The translations under genes and the position numbers were made by a program. A stretch of 32,000 nucleotides of DNA from contig JAZDEL010000005.1 in the NCBI GenBank assembly GCA_043808785.1, positions 1-32,000 on the forward strand, given 5' to 3'. Positions 31,078 to 32,000 of the stretch are shown here, piece after piece (within the stretch, counting starts at the first letter, position 1; each line of letters opens with the position of its first letter). The notes beneath the pieces are model-generated. The model did no database searches, was not told where the DNA came from, and was given only the letters and a program-made list of their open reading frames with translations. The stretch is from Candidatus Iainarchaeum sp. GTDB lineage: Archaea > Iainarchaeota > Iainarchaeia > Iainarchaeales > JAZDEL01.

Positions 31078-31725
31078 ATGCCAATCCCAATTGAAATATT
31101 GCGGAAAGCATGGATGGACAAGCGTACCGGCCGTTTAGATTTAACGCACGAAACCCGGCCAAGCGCGGGCCCAATTAAAGATAAGCCGCGCATTGAAAAA
31201 TACGGGATAATAAAAGACAAGAAGAGTAAGATGATTCTGACAGTTAGTAGCCACCCGACACACATCGACGTGGTTGCATTTCCAAAGTTGGAGCATCTTG
31301 AAGCATTCAAGGCCGCGGCAAAGGGAGTTATGCATGGCGGAACGGCGGACTTCTATCCCGGCAGCATAGGTGCGATGCATCTGTTACTGTCCCCTATGGA
31401 CGTTTCCGGACACAGCGCAGTGCTGCTTTTCATCCAGTCCCATTTCAAGACAAAACAGGACGCTCCTGGGCAGCGGGTTCTTTCGCGCCCACTTGCCACA
31501 AAATATGGCGGCTGGAGGCATCGGTGCTTGGATATGGCTGTGGAGTTTGCACTCGGCAGCGGGCGGCTTCTCGTAGTTCCTAAACATGTCGCGAGCCGTG
31601 GAACTGTTCTTCATGACCTTGACAAGGTTTGTTTGGCACACGACTTGAAGAGGTTTGGGGGAAAGGAGGCTGGCAAAATATCGTACTGGCGGGGGGGCAT
31701 AAAAGTTGTGGAGATTGATGTTTAG
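31078..31725 (+). CDS. hypothetical protein (no family recognised)
   Basis: 215-aa ORF preceded by GGCGGAG. The composition is protein-like and no competing ORF is convincing. I recognise no motifs. Confidence 0.55.
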   Translation: MPIPIEILRKAWMDKRTGRLDLTHETRPSAGPIKDKPRIEKYGIIKDKKSKMILTVSSHPTHIDVVAFPKLEHLEAFKAAAKGVMHGGTADFYPGSIGAMHLLLSPMDVSGHSAVLLFIQSHFKTKQDAPGQRVLSRPLATKYGGWRHRCLDMAVEFALGSGRLLVVPKHVASRGTVLHDLDKVCLAHDLKRFGGKEAGKISYWRGGIKVVEIDV

Positions 31726-31814
31726 GCAAGCTGGTTGGCACCTTTTCCTGCAAAGCATGCCGCAGAAAGGCAACCATTTATAACCTTTTTTCATTTTCTT
31801 TTTAGCGTGGTAAG

Positions 31815-32000
31815 ATGAACATAATTCTCCTTGGCGCACCGGGTTCGGGAAAGGGCACCGTTGCGCAGTTCCTTGTGGAAAGGTACGCGTTCACGCAGTT
31901 AAGTACGGGAGATATGCTGCGCTCGGAATTGAGAAGGCGCACGCCCCTCGGAAAGAAGGCAGGGCCCATAATGAAAAGCGGCGGCCTTGTTCCAGACGAA
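31815..32000 (+). CDS. adk: adenylate kinase (bacterial/eukaryotic Adk type), 5' part; continues past the right edge
   Basis: Translation from ATG 31815 gives MNIILLGAPGSGKGTVAQFLVERYAFTQLSTGDMLRSELRRRTPLGKKAGPIMKSGGLVPDE. It has the P-loop GAPGSGKGT, STGDMLR and GGLVPDE. It is not in the ORF track because it has no stop in the window. A TTTATAA box lies about 30 nt upstream. Confidence 0.9.
   Translation, partial: MNIILLGAPGSGKGTVAQFLVERYAFTQLSTGDMLRSELRRRTPLGKKAGPIMKSGGLVPDE

Overview
This window looks archaeal. It carries diphthine synthase, Trm5, and DUF63- and DUF357-like genes. AT-rich TATA-like boxes sit about 25-35 nt upstream of many ATGs, and GGAGG/GGTG ribosome-binding sites are frequent. 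Overall GC is high (35-38 G+C in hand-counted 60-nt samples), with clear low-GC patches.

Positions about 155-20870 form a glycan biosynthesis and decoration island of roughly 20.7 kb in four tightly packed transcription units. It holds six GT4-type glycosyltransferases (one fused to a methyltransferase) and seven class I SAM-methyltransferase domains. It also holds three radical SAM enzymes with twitch/SPASM-like Cys-rich C-termini, a CE4 deacetylase and an exported, membrane-anchored deacetylase-like protein. A UDP-glucuronate-4-epimerase-like SDR and a NodU/CmcH carbamoyltransferase complete it. I see no priming glycosyltransferase, flippase or oligosaccharyltransferase in the window. The left edge of the island abuts the 5' end of an IS110-like transposase.

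Inside the island, a 45-nt methyltransferase 3' end occurs three times as direct repeats. One radical SAM gene is strongly low-GC. A convergent intergenic spacer holds an array of degenerate copies of a GC-rich palindrome.

The right third (21.1-32 kb) carries secreted and membrane proteins, a small wHTH protein, a Nudix hydrolase, a low-GC islet with two basic orphan genes, and acylphosphatase. It then has a dphB-DUF357 operon, a snapalysin-type metzincin, an SdpI-like protein, a DUF63-like protein, trm5, a vapBC pair, an orphan gene and the start of adk.

I found no rRNA, tRNA or CRISPR array. All functional calls rest on motif recognition by eye, not on database searches.
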